IMG/VR virus record: IMGVR_UViG_3300030110_005581
DNA length: 64,000 nt
Source: a virus
Reading direction: 5' to 3' (one strand)
Part shown: positions 37,601-46,452 of the stretch, piece after piece
How positions within the stretch are numbered: the stretch's first letter is position 1
How the letters are laid out: each line of letters starts with the position of its first letter
Translations under genes and position numbers: made by a program
The notes under the pieces: generated by a model
Told to the model about the DNA's origin: nothing
The model's database searches: none
What the model saw: only the letters and a program-made list of their open reading frames with translations

Positions 37601-40600
37601 GCTTAAAATTATTAACACTTGAATTAAAAGATTGCTTTCTTTTGCCATTGTTAAGAGCAAGATCGTCATTACACTGCTCAAAAGGCAATACAGAAGAGGT
37701 TGGAACAACCATGTAGCTGCCGCTTGTGCTTTGTTTTATGAATGTAAGCAGGTCTGTTTGCTTATTTGCAAATTCATTTACACCGCCCTTAACTAGTGGA
37801 GACTCATCAACTTCAAGCCTCAAAGGCGGTGCTAGGCGCCTGAGTGCATAAGTTGAGCCGGCATATGTTGTTATGCCGCCTGATCCGGTAGCGCCTAAAG
37901 TTGGCGCTGGTGTATTTGTGTCATTTACTATTGAGTCTAATATAGATTGTTTATCTTCATTAACCCCTTCCACACTAGAGCTTAAGGCAGGGTTTGATTT
38001 TTCGGCGCGCTGATTCCACCACAAACAATTATCTGCTTGTGAATTTTCACAAGTAAAGGATGTGATTAAAGGAGAGTTTTGAGGTGAGCCACCATAACCG
38101 TTGCCCGATGAATCACCGCCGTTTAAGTCACTGAGCTTATAATAAGCCACCAAATCAACTGGCAAAATAGAGCTTATATCGGCAGCACAACCATTATTGT
38201 ACAGTAATAAAGCTTCTTGCGCGCTCAACTCTCTGCTAAAGAGGGCAAAATTGCCAATAGTGCCATCTAAATAAAATGCAGTTAATCCACGTCCGATTTC
38301 AAAATTCTGTGTAAGGTTTTCCATTGCTGTATACAGGCCAGAATTAAATGCTGTTAACGTGAGCGCCACACCATTAATGTACATGGATATTCCGCTAGCG
38401 GCGGTGCCTCCACCAGCACCGTTATATGTAACTGTAATATTAATAAGCTCATTTTGATATGAGGTCAATGCTGTTGATCGCGCATTAACAGTTTGGCCAG
38501 TACTTTCGTCTGTTAAATAAAGTTGTAGTCTATCTGAACCATCAGTAAAGAAATAATATTCTTGATTACTTACGGCGCCATATTTAGAAAAAAGACTTTG
38601 TGACGTCATATCTGAAGTTTTAAACCAAAAATTAACTGAAAAAGGGCTATCAGATGTGCCATTTCCAAAACTAAAAGCAGCTGCATCGGGGACTGAGAAG
38701 TATTGATTCGATGCTTTAGCAAACGTCATCATTTTGATTTCGTTTAGCGGGGCATGGCCGTGCTCCCAATCATAAAGAAGTTCATTGATCCCCGTAAGAT
38801 TGCCTTCAATTGTTGGAGTCTTGTCTTCTAAGGTTGGATATTTCCATCTATATTTATTTCTTTGCAGTACTGTGTTTTCTACCATGGTTCGAATATTCGA
38901 GCCGTACTGATCTGTCATATCGGAAGACATTGGTATCAAATATCCCAAAAGGGAATCTAGTGTAAGATCTATCCACTTATAGAAATCAACATACTTATCC
39001 AAGTCGGGAGTATTGCCGACTCGCTCATAAAACATTTGTCGCAACTTCGCCATGTTTTTATAATCATCGCGATATTTGTTGACGGGCTCTCCAACAAGAT
39101 TATTAAAGTCTTTGACCGTGGAAAACATCTTTATCATCTCATCCGAAATGGTCTGATACATACTCTTTTCAATAGATGTATAATAATTTGTTGGACGTGC
39201 TATCTCGCCTTTATTAAAGAACTCGTCATCGTCAGTTAAGATATTGACCATATCTGCACTAGTAATCGTCTCTGGAAGTTGTTTCTTCCCTGAGTTGACG
39301 TATTTTTTATTTATCGGCAGGGTTGAGCTAGCTAAGAATCCAAAACCTTTTGGCAAATATTGTTTACCCACAATCTGCCCAAACGGCCCATATTTAGATA
39401 CCTTTTGAACTGAGCCTGAAGAATAATCTTCGCCAATGAACTGACCACTTGAATCAGAACCGGTTACAGTATCAAATGTCCAATTGAGCACCATCGTGTC
39501 GATTTCTGGTATTTTAGTGCCCGTTAGAGCCGTAGGATATAAATACGTGCTCCTGAAGGGGTGCTCAGTGCCATAATTTTTTACATCCTGAGTGTGCTGT
39601 TGAATAGTGCCTGTGGGCAAATGTTTAAACCAAACTCTTGTTGAAGAGATGTTTCCATCCGCTTTTTGCAAAATCGAACCAGAAAAGTTAGTGCGATGTG
39701 CACCAATGTAAGGCGCTTTCGGCTTATTTAGGAACAGGCTCCCATTGTCAGCACTAATTGTTCCAGTGTGGTAAAATTCATTTTTTACATAATCTGCAAT
39801 CTTCTCAACACCATAAAACTCAACCAGATAGCCATTAGTGTTTACCGACCCTGATGATCCATCTGGTAAGTTAGCGTTTACAGTCGGGGTTGGCCTAACT
39901 GAAACAGAGAATGACCACCGCGTGTCATTAAAGACATTATCAAAGTAACTACTTGAAAGATTAAGAGCGCCAATAGCGGAGCCGACAGTACCAGTTAAAA
40001 GAAATTTTGCTCTCTGTGAATAGTCAGAAGCCCTAATTGCAAAAACTTGGAAGTTAGCAGTGTCTGTCGATGCCCATGTTAGATTATTTCCAGTAGCGGC
40101 ATCCCTGACTTGGTGCATCCCAAATAGAGAAGCTGTGGTGTAAGGAATATATGACCTAAACTGACGGCTTGGGCCCTCATCGGTTGTTGCAACTGTGTTT
40201 GTGTCCGCTATTGAAAAACGTATTGGAAAGTGGACTTCCGACTCCATTGTAAAGCCCAGATAGTCAGTTAGCCCATAAGTGCCTGATATTATAGCTTTTG
40301 AGTTAGAATTTGCACTTGAGGAGTGGGCAAAGACAGTACCTTCTGCACTTCCAGTAAGTCCAAAATTTACATACTTTTTGTATTCTGCAATTGATTGGTA
40401 ATTGTCTTTTAATTCGTAAGTTACTCTATTACCATACGTGTTTATTCTATAAATCTCATCACCCACCCCAAAACAATGAAGCATGTTCCTAAAAGACTTT
40501 TCTGTACCTTTTGTTTTGTTGATATAGATGATGTTGTTGTAGATGTTATTGTAGATCTTATTTTTAACATCGTAAAGCTTTTGTTCAAATAGGGTTCGAT

Positions 40601-42275
40601 CATTTCGGCTTTGGTAATATTCCAACTCAGTAGCATCGGAAAACAGCTCAGGGAAATATTGAAATCCGATAGACTGCAAAAGCCTGTCATTAAATGGGGC
40701 GGGCTTGTGTTGGAAGCCGGCGTGTGATTTATATTTTAATGTGGGCAGTGTGTTGATTTGCTCTGCCAGAGAGTCAAAATAAGAACCAACAACCTGAGTG
40801 AGATTCTTAAGAGGCGATGTCTCCTTGTCTTCATCTTCTTCTGTAATCCAGGCCGGCAGAGAATGGTAGATGGATGCATTGTTTGCAAAGTCGTGTATCT
40901 GCCCTTCTTCTTTTTTGTCCCTCAATGTTGATTGAACTGTGGGGTGGAAAGGGTATAAGATGGGGTCTTTAAATTCCCTAGAAACAAGACTGGATGAGAC
41001 CATTGCAGATCCAACATTTCGCGAGTTTGAACTGTATCCGACAAAGACGCCATTGCTAATTCGCCCTGAGTAGTCTAGAATATTTCTATCTACCGAAGAA
41101 GTTTGAGTTATTCCTTCGTTAAATTTGTAATATACTCCCAGGGCGGTATTTGCGTCATCAGTATTTGTGCCGCCGCCGACTGGCTCAATCATATATCTAA
41201 CCACTTCTGCAGAACTTCTTTTGTCTTTCCAAAACCTAAACTCATCTAGGGAGCCAGAGAGCTTACCCCAGCCTTTTGTGGGCTGAGTTGTCCCTAGAGG
41301 TGCAGTATAAAGAGATCCGATTGTTGCATTGATGTTGCCACTAACATATCCAACAGACGATCCGGTTAAAACTGTTTGATCACACTTGCCATCAACATAG
41401 AAATTTACTTCTATCTGGCTTCCAGTGTTTTTCATTACAAAGGCATAGTGGTGCCATTTATTATCTGCAACTGAAGATGTTGTGACCGAAGAGCCAATAG
41501 TTGCCCACGCAACCCCTGTGGCTCCAGACATGTAGGTGACCCTAAATGGAGATGCAGCCGTTGTACCAGTCATCTCAATTGTTAGCCGGCCATAACTAGG
41601 GTTTGAGGATATAAAATCTGACGTGCTGGCGTCGAAGATAACTTCTTTACCTGTTTTGGCTGTTGCAAAAGTAGACTTTTTCATCCAGAATTCAACCGTG
41701 TTTCCATCAATACCGCCAATTTTTAGATTACATTCACGGTTTTTTGATGGCTCCCAAACATTTGCATAGCCGCTTTTATAGTCGCCAGAAACGTCTTGGA
41801 TGTCTTTATCTTTTGAACGTTTGGATGTGTGAGGGCCACCCTTTACAAAGATATATTCGTAAGAGGCTGTTGCTGTTGCGCCATAGCCATTTTCATAGTC
41901 GACTTGTGTCCCCCATGATCTTGGAGAGATAATAACATATCCGTTAGTTCGAGGATATACCTCTTCGAACACATACATATCAAAAAACGAAGAGCTTAAC
42001 TCCCACTGAACTCTTTCTTTTAAGGAGCCGTCATATGGGTAGGTGTCATAAATTCTATCAAATGCATCGACGTAATACTTCTTTGCAGAGCCAAACCTAG
42101 CAAAGTTTTTAAGATCAGAAAAGTCCACAGGGGGCTTAAAGCGTTCCCGCTGTACAAAATAATTTTTTAAGTAATCAACAGATTCCAGAGTCCCGTCTTT
42201 AACAAGGGAATCTGGGTTGGCATTCGTTAAAATTATATCATGACTTTCATAAAGTTTTTTGTAATCGATCGGCAT
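31638..42275 (-). CDS. Giant 3545-aa baseplate wedge-like protein with multiple LamG/concanavalin-A-like domains
   Basis: Wedge (P2 gpI/T4 gp7-like) motif KTKGTEKSFRNMLHCFG. LamG signatures TVEFWMK..WHHYAFV..YVDG..GSLDEFRFW, FSVNFWFK..YING..GTIGNFALF and TLSAWVNP..WTHVALTYDG..GYIDEISVF. Confidence 0.75.
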   Translation of the reverse strand: MPIDYKKLYESHDIILTNANPDSLVKDGTLESVDYLKNYFVQRERFKPPVDFSDLKNFARFGSAKKYYVDAFDRIYDTYPYDGSLKERVQWELSSSFFDMYVFEEVYPRTNGYVIISPRSWGTQVDYENGYGATATASYEYIFVKGGPHTSKRSKDKDIQDVSGDYKSGYANVWEPSKNRECNLKIGGIDGNTVEFWMKKSTFATAKTGKEVIFDASTSDFISSNPSYGRLTIEMTGTTAASPFRVTYMSGATGVAWATIGSSVTTSSVADNKWHHYAFVMKNTGSQIEVNFYVDGKCDQTVLTGSSVGYVSGNINATIGSLYTAPLGTTQPTKGWGKLSGSLDEFRFWKDKRSSAEVVRYMIEPVGGGTNTDDANTALGVYYKFNEGITQTSSVDRNILDYSGRISNGVFVGYSSNSRNVGSAMVSSSLVSREFKDPILYPFHPTVQSTLRDKKEEGQIHDFANNASIYHSLPAWITEEDEDKETSPLKNLTQVVGSYFDSLAEQINTLPTLKYKSHAGFQHKPAPFNDRLLQSIGFQYFPELFSDATELEYYQSRNDRTLFEQKLYDVKNKIYNNIYNNIIYINKTKGTEKSFRNMLHCFGVGDEIYRINTYGNRVTYELKDNYQSIAEYKKYVNFGLTGSAEGTVFAHSSSANSNSKAIISGTYGLTDYLGFTMESEVHFPIRFSIADTNTVATTDEGPSRQFRSYIPYTTASLFGMHQVRDAATGNNLTWASTDTANFQVFAIRASDYSQRAKFLLTGTVGSAIGALNLSSSYFDNVFNDTRWSFSVSVRPTPTVNANLPDGSSGSVNTNGYLVEFYGVEKIADYVKNEFYHTGTISADNGSLFLNKPKAPYIGAHRTNFSGSILQKADGNISSTRVWFKHLPTGTIQQHTQDVKNYGTEHPFRSTYLYPTALTGTKIPEIDTMVLNWTFDTVTGSDSSGQFIGEDYSSGSVQKVSKYGPFGQIVGKQYLPKGFGFLASSTLPINKKYVNSGKKQLPETITSADMVNILTDDDEFFNKGEIARPTNYYTSIEKSMYQTISDEMIKMFSTVKDFNNLVGEPVNKYRDDYKNMAKLRQMFYERVGNTPDLDKYVDFYKWIDLTLDSLLGYLIPMSSDMTDQYGSNIRTMVENTVLQRNKYRWKYPTLEDKTPTIEGNLTGINELLYDWEHGHAPLNEIKMMTFAKASNQYFSVPDAAAFSFGNGTSDSPFSVNFWFKTSDMTSQSLFSKYGAVSNQEYYFFTDGSDRLQLYLTDESTGQTVNARSTALTSYQNELINITVTYNGAGGGTAASGISMYINGVALTLTAFNSGLYTAMENLTQNFEIGRGLTAFYLDGTIGNFALFSRELSAQEALLLYNNGCAADISSILPVDLVAYYKLSDLNGGDSSGNGYGGSPQNSPLITSFTCENSQADNCLWWNQRAEKSNPALSSSVEGVNEDKQSILDSIVNDTNTPAPTLGATGSGGITTYAGSTYALRRLAPPLRLEVDESPLVKGGVNEFANKQTDLLTFIKQSTSGSYMVVPTSSVLPFEQCNDDLALNNGKRKQSFNSSVNNFKLSTAENSYFTSKGDLYAFFDIYSASISGGYHDDLATNFMQGVDLTNLHEDTYGPMYGRPVQGPFTEKFVGGKVYRHINSNLRPHNTTPDNVTNRIEGWRIMLSASSIYAFGSGYGNNMAPNPNLEKGSMFRSVMAKRPVNIENIKMFTGSATNIPGRPDQVLNATNIGNYSHNYDLIMTNGRSINNRYLAEAGALPSTYAPSTFVTGVIDFAMPRRDLTGSSDSIIVNRFSAPGSPATMGQGMLDLAAGEYSVYNSLPWRNLNVRRPLNEWSTDHTNQFGFFSDNQTETAYLLAGEIYIGGSSSVSAENYDGTGSFHKVNRNSKPRLAPIEYHNSKIIYFNGTTYRVNIGTAATWDAIVGTAAGSTQSYTLSAWVNPTSLSHAGGNNQPRIFDFAEKVGLFVDNSGKINFFADFSTTMGVWQTNASVISTGEWTHVALTYDGTSVANNPTIYVNGVSVAITETQTPVGSYKSLAGAADCFIGENMSDVRAWEGYIDEISVFARECTLAEIKEIYYGTTGFDPAIERQGPGDLSKHSRVSRLKAWWGGEGWTSGLTLPAQYGSLDGTLVSANMVINNNGAIVKKLEGAVYIGNVFVYDNWFIQHQLPQTDLQYAWITASVTYGYTGSAYYGFEKPDYSNASLASTDITFLSASEWTPSLHGGLSGAPMDFAGLNEIIYDPVIPYKNLVSASSNTGIDKVFAGAGLSTPIAFNGLILHRQGPYGNASWKQLRASQGPIMRYNYKNNIQTFTKISSSTVDGKYVGDSVGIVSQIEPPITSKFSPLQYGFMYKSDQPNAVTGSSINMQTSYGNEKAYFTNVPDPEISNLIDLNNSELVWSKAGQIGETLQSADDKILAYDTLKKYLLWNTPTYVSGDANPIEDFHHMRISEGIYPREHYTYLSLVRERANYINNYWKDGRSNRNLELTNSQGYKTTAHTAFWQSASIWSLDADMLGRVTTPGDELYSSGSEGELQNSYSIWHANLSAQRPAPIPAATYNRRVPILDPGVGTFFWGQTEWEAGEQAGYNPSYDTYKEYVEDVKRIGKDYGIIPEYRISEHMKYHVVDKASDGGFLAPNRDWLSLTGAVISGSNDNTSGNGAFYTTYTNSDFLKYFQPIESDFSKVAAPTNLTLKCNAIMKFLPYDGFYPSERSVQLATLFSQSFAPSASLIGINANWRTLLMPFFSPGILYNSIKSGLAVDYPIYKGPTTDYFNPEGAELYMAVNTAPSTDRVPFEALVNPDYWLSSLQKIVDSDCHHSASINSTGSFEEPANDLYRRAMNNFVAEVPRFFLGGTAGNNNSPYGPMTTFASKETLEGTGFGTDPNDNTGDYIPMKADKTYKMRIVCSHSKIKNLSTLLDTTTTAGAARAANRASYIYNEPTIMMYNRAWDRTSQTDYYGLDSSYGLIPWFARVHNVAASYPTSYVPIYGSSFGPPMYAGGFTSYVNGSGFTGVPTSSFEAYTPPYYNGYSHIELSYKAKYDGNHTITDIISGITASYHREMITAQALTASGFSPNGGLNAAAASAMQLSESINWNKVVSAGSGKSRWVIQPKWECPVLDFTTPDAIVEGMADNRDFATAKGMWHQYGTIPSNTSGLFLEIQPGDATDDPDTVGDLAELLGFDEDPTRKIGQIPSGGKTVSEAVVAVPFYEDAQGSRNFFHIDRKTIDWAQIKLSNPEIKDIDYLTNKLAGVENAIKYKPAPSVVSMVQSMDKFVIPPSFDFIQNKNQAPMAMVIFEFEHHFTQDDLVKMWQGVLPSEPRTDAASGIQAAAAEIDIGINLQSGSPFDTTQPEFNESMEDMLEQSKGFDLLNDIPGESMLFPKNIQWMVFKVKQKAAWSYDDIVVGNNPPTPPPGQGPGPKPPSSEPINYNYNWPYDFFSLIELAKINETVSMTPRQKVPDTLPTIIDMLNILPFTSPVWIIPPVSNSITQTDPSVFDKKELGFGAEVFKKQTSLNSEQFVTLQLIDQTSQTIEVTGPVSQDSPVDNTVPNNTP

Positions 42276-42288
42276 TCTATTCTACTCT

Positions 42289-44151
42289 TTATTCTACTTT
42301 AAATTTAAATTCTTCTGGCTGCTCAATATATTGTGAATTTAAGTAATATACAAATTTTATCCCGTAAACGTTGTCTGGCTCTAGTAGCGACATATCTAAG
42401 TCAAAATAACTCCCACTTGCATCAAACGACAGTCTAGTTTGATTATCACTACCTGTGCCGTAACTTATTACATCTAAATTATCATTTATTCTGTAAATTT
42501 TGTAATACGAATCCTCAACTAAATCAATTGGAGCTTTGTTTGACGATACCGTATAAATAGTTGGGCTCCAATCTTTTTTTCTCGTGTATAGTCGGAATCT
42601 TGCCGCTTTATTTTGACTTGAATATGAAGGCTTTAGATTAGTAATTGTGCTTACAAATTGTTGATTCGGGTTGGTCGCCTGGCCAGGCCAAAGTTGAGTT
42701 AAACTTTTGGGCTCAATCGATCCGGTGAAATATTCAGAAGAACCAAAATGCCACACATCATATACTTTATTTAAACTAGTAGAACCAGTGAAAGCAAAAG
42801 ATGCAGAATATATTCCCGTAGAGACGTACCCCCCCGTTACGTTAAAATCGCCATTTGTGACGACTCCGCCGCCCGGAAGCTTGGAGAGGGCCAATTTTGA
42901 GCCCGAAGGGGCTGTATTGTCTGATGAGCCGGAATATAAGCTTACCAAAATAGCACCATTACCAATGCTGGGTATGTTTTTTAGTTGCCCGCGCACATAA
43001 TTATAAAGATAAATGGTGTTTAAGTTATCTGCCACAGGAGCCAGAGAACTGCTGTAATAAAAGCTACCCCTATCATCTTTTGTCGAAGAATCCCACCTTG
43101 CTTCTATCGCCGGCCTATAAAAGAAATTTTCAGAACCCCTTGCAAAAAACTTTTTAATGTAATAGGATGTCTCTTGGGACTCTTCCGCGGAAGACAACTT
43201 TACGCCTACACCATAATTAGATTTGCTGCCTAATACATTTCCAGCACTATTGACCCACTGCTCTACTAATTCAGTAATATCCATTTCTAGATCTTCAAAT
43301 CCAGTGCTAAAAGACGCAGTAAACGAGGAGGAAGCATCTGTGTAGTAGTCCCCACCTTGAGTGGTCCAAGATGTGTAATCGGCACCAACAGTGGTCGTTG
43401 AGAGGCCAATAAATTTTGCATTTCCAGTTGGGGCTGTTATGGCCCCTGCTGTGACATTTGCAACGCCGACAGCTGCAACGCTACGGACTGCGGTAAACGC
43501 TGACTGGGCGCCTACAACATTTTTAAATGTCTCAGCGTAATCAGAGGCCGCGGCGCCTGCCGAGATGTCTACTTCAACTTCAGTCCCATCTAGGTTGGGC
43601 GCCGTTTCTGCTGCAGACTTGAACCAAAAATTATACCTATTGCTGCTTGCATCGTAAAGGCTTATATATTTTCCACCATAATCGCCTTTTGTGTTAGATG
43701 CAAAAGAGGCTGTTAAGATGTTTGAAATTTTAGTGTCATTCCGATAAAGCCAATTAGATGGCTCCTCATCAGAATAATTTTCCATATCCAACCCATTGCC
43801 TTCTTGCCAGGATTGAGATATTGCAGATACAACTAAATTGAAGTCTTTTGGTGTTGTTTGGGAGTGTCTTGCATTATACATTCTCAAATAAAATGACACA
43901 CTACCAGAGGCCGGTATATTGCCCTGCGTTCTGTCGTAGGATATATAATCAACTGCATTTCCAACCACAGGGAACTTAATTAACGTTCTGGCCTTTTCAG
44001 CCGAAGAGGATGAAGCTTGGCCGTATATTGAAAATGTCTCCAATATATCAGATTGCCCCATATTTCCGCTAACACCCCTGGTGGTTAAATTAGCCTTGTA
44101 TGCGTTGGTGATTGTATTGTCTGCATCTGCGATGTATCTTTTAATAGCCAT
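42289..44151 (-). CDS. Structural protein with DNRLRE/CBM96-like N-terminal domain
   Basis: ADNTI...RTLIKF...SWQEGNG...MDITELVEQWV...RPAIEARWD pattern; TAATG-coupled to the gp6-like gene. Confidence 0.55.
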   Translation of the reverse strand: MAIKRYIADADNTITNAYKANLTTRGVSGNMGQSDILETFSIYGQASSSSAEKARTLIKFPVVGNAVDYISYDRTQGNIPASGSVSFYLRMYNARHSQTTPKDFNLVVSAISQSWQEGNGLDMENYSDEEPSNWLYRNDTKISNILTASFASNTKGDYGGKYISLYDASSNRYNFWFKSAAETAPNLDGTEVEVDISAGAAASDYAETFKNVVGAQSAFTAVRSVAAVGVANVTAGAITAPTGNAKFIGLSTTTVGADYTSWTTQGGDYYTDASSSFTASFSTGFEDLEMDITELVEQWVNSAGNVLGSKSNYGVGVKLSSAEESQETSYYIKKFFARGSENFFYRPAIEARWDSSTKDDRGSFYYSSSLAPVADNLNTIYLYNYVRGQLKNIPSIGNGAILVSLYSGSSDNTAPSGSKLALSKLPGGGVVTNGDFNVTGGYVSTGIYSASFAFTGSTSLNKVYDVWHFGSSEYFTGSIEPKSLTQLWPGQATNPNQQFVSTITNLKPSYSSQNKAARFRLYTRKKDWSPTIYTVSSNKAPIDLVEDSYYKIYRINDNLDVISYGTGSDNQTRLSFDASGSYFDLDMSLLEPDNVYGIKFVYYLNSQYIEQPEEFKFKVE

Positions 44152-45947
44152 TATTGTACGGTGCCTCCAATATCTAGATCTGGATATTTTATTTCAAAAA
44201 TAGTATCTGTGGGTGGAAATAAAAATCTACCATCGGGGGAGAGTGCTTCCTCTATAGATATTGGAGCATCAGCGTATCCATCACCAGTCATAACTTTCAT
44301 TTTTACATCAACAACGTCCATTAAATCAGGTATAGATTTTAATATTTGATATATGTCAGTGATAATGATTGGTTCTCCGATATAAAATGTCTTTCTGAAT
44401 GCGTTTCTTAATGTTTGGTTGGCCTCGACCAAAATATCATACTTGTTTGTACCAGGGAAAGGAACAATTTTAAATTCTATCCCAACATTACAAATATTTG
44501 CATCTAAAATATCAATTGTGTCGTTGACCATTTTATATTGATTTATCCAAGTTTTTAAGTTATTTTTAAGAGTAGTGTTCGCATTTGTCAAATCCCCATC
44601 AGAATCTTCAGCTAAAACATAATAATTTATATTTCGCTGATTATATGAATCTGAGTCTAACTCCAGGGACGCTCTTTTAATTTTGCCATATTTTGCCGGC
44701 ATGTTATATGCAAGTGCAACATAATCTTGCTTTGTGACGGCTCTGTTTTGCGATGCAAAGTTAGACATAGCTCTCTCTTTTATTTCCTCAACACTAATCA
44801 GACTTACGTCACCAGTGATCGGTTCTTCGTTTAAGACGGCTAGACTTCCTTGTACCTCTGAAATTATAGCCTCGCTCAGAAGCCCTTGTTGTTCGGCTGG
44901 AAAGGAAAAATCAGCAGTGCCAATTCTTGTTATTGTTTGCGCTCCAGTGTTGACGTTTTCATTTGTATTAATTCTGTATATTATAGTTAGCGTAGTGTTT
45001 GACGGAGAAACTCCCAACTTGTCTGTTTTATTTAATATCGAAGGGTCGAAAGATGTGTCTGTGACATAATTTTTCCCATGCAACTCCAACACCACTTCTG
45101 AGGGATCTTTAACCTCTACTGGAGTTTCTTCGCTGCCTTGCCCAAATTGCAAAAACAAACCATCTGGTGTTGTGTCCACTCGGAAACGCCTAGAGACAGA
45201 AACAGGTTTCAAAATAAAAGGCACTGTACTGTGGTCCGAATTTCTATTTATAACTGGCACAAAAAGCACATCTTGGCTTAGATAATCAACCTCAAAATAT
45301 TGATTTCCATTATCATCAAAAACTGAAACTATTTCACTTATATTTTCACCAAGAAGAGTGACTCTTTGAAATGGAGTGTATTCTCCGATTTGCACTTCTT
45401 GAACTGCTAGCTCGCCCGACATGACTTGGCCGGCGGCCCTAATTGCATACGATAAGGGGTTGCCAGTGGTTGCATCCTGATCGGCCACCACAACTGGGTT
45501 TTCAGATAAGGAAAAGTTTATATCTTCCAACAAAGAAAAGATGGTATCATTTGTAGAAATAAAGGTCGACCCTTTTTTTAAGACGGGCATGTACCTTTCA
45601 TCAGGGGCCTGAGATGCTGCTTCGGCCGGCACAGTAATATAGAAGTTGCACATACCGAAAGAGGAAGGGTAGGGCTTGTACTTGTATCCCATCTGCCGAC
45701 TTAACTTAATTACATTGTCAAATTCAATTGCAGTATCTAAAAAAGACTCATTTGCTTGATAGTCTGTATAAAAAGAGAGCATGTCCCCAACATAGGCAAC
45801 TGTATCTAACATCATGGAGCCAAAAGAGGCATCAGTGAAGTCCCTGTAATTGTCGGGATAATATCGTTTAACGTAGGACTCAAGCTCGTTTCGAATGGAG
45901 GTGAAGTCTCTATTTGTGTAGTTTATTGCTGGTTTTTTCGGTGCCAT
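44151..45947 (-). CDS. Baseplate wedge subunit (T4 gp6 / baseplate J-like)
   Basis: INYTNRDFTSIRNEL, DFTDASFGSMMLDTVAYVGDMLSFYTDYQANESFLDTA and SQNRAVTKQDY. Confidence 0.88.
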   Translation of the reverse strand: MAPKKPAINYTNRDFTSIRNELESYVKRYYPDNYRDFTDASFGSMMLDTVAYVGDMLSFYTDYQANESFLDTAIEFDNVIKLSRQMGYKYKPYPSSFGMCNFYITVPAEAASQAPDERYMPVLKKGSTFISTNDTIFSLLEDINFSLSENPVVVADQDATTGNPLSYAIRAAGQVMSGELAVQEVQIGEYTPFQRVTLLGENISEIVSVFDDNGNQYFEVDYLSQDVLFVPVINRNSDHSTVPFILKPVSVSRRFRVDTTPDGLFLQFGQGSEETPVEVKDPSEVVLELHGKNYVTDTSFDPSILNKTDKLGVSPSNTTLTIIYRINTNENVNTGAQTITRIGTADFSFPAEQQGLLSEAIISEVQGSLAVLNEEPITGDVSLISVEEIKERAMSNFASQNRAVTKQDYVALAYNMPAKYGKIKRASLELDSDSYNQRNINYYVLAEDSDGDLTNANTTLKNNLKTWINQYKMVNDTIDILDANICNVGIEFKIVPFPGTNKYDILVEANQTLRNAFRKTFYIGEPIIITDIYQILKSIPDLMDVVDVKMKVMTGDGYADAPISIEEALSPDGRFLFPPTDTIFEIKYPDLDIGGTVQ

Positions 45948-45968
45948 GTTTTTAATAAATCCTTTTCA

Positions 45969-45975
45969 TAATTAG
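45969..45975 (-). promoter_or_regulatory. Candidate late promoter CTAATTA
   Basis: Intergenic, 22 nt upstream of the gp6-like ATG. Confidence 0.55.
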
Positions 45976-45979
45976 ACAC

Positions 45980-46375
45980 TTAAGCTTTAAAAGTAATAGC
46001 TAAAGTGTCATCAAATCCCACGCTTGGTATTGTATATACAATTTCAACGCCTATAGAGTTTGTTGGTGCGGTTTCTCCTGGTGCGACATCAATATTAGTC
46101 ATCGATATTCCTATGATTTTAACAAATGGAACATACTTTTTTACTTGCTCCATGATTTTGCTTCTTAGAGATGTGTGAGTTACAACCTCCGATTCAAAAA
46201 GGTAATTTCTTGCTCCAACACCGAATTCCGGATCCATAATCCTTTCTCCTGGCGATGTTAGGACCACCATTTTGATATTCTGCCTAGCAACTTCTCCAAT
46301 GGTTTTATTTAACTTATAATATCCATCGGTAGGGTCATAAAGCAGTGGTAATTTTGGAGAATAGCCGACTCCCAT
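45980..46375 (-). CDS. Baseplate wedge/sheath-initiator protein (GPW/gp25-like)
   Basis: QNIKMVVLTSPGERIMDPEFGVG is the gp25-family motif; 131 aa, adjacent to the gp6-like gene. Confidence 0.9.
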   Translation of the reverse strand: MGVGYSPKLPLLYDPTDGYYKLNKTIGEVARQNIKMVVLTSPGERIMDPEFGVGARNYLFESEVVTHTSLRSKIMEQVKKYVPFVKIIGISMTNIDVAPGETAPTNSIGVEIVYTIPSVGFDDTLAITFKA

Positions 46376-46394
46376 TTATTTAATCTCCTCCAAA

Positions 46395-46401
46395 TAAATA
46401 G
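46395..46401 (-). promoter_or_regulatory. Candidate late promoter CTATTTA
   Basis: Intergenic, 20 nt upstream of the gp25-like ATG. Confidence 0.5.
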
Positions 46402-46452
46402 ATTTTAAAGATATTTTGTTTATAAAATATTTATACATTTTAAATCCTCATG

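Noticed and set aside
46401-46446. Imperfect AT-only inverted repeat after the 2364-aa gene
   Set aside because: Too weak and low-complexity to call a terminator or operator.
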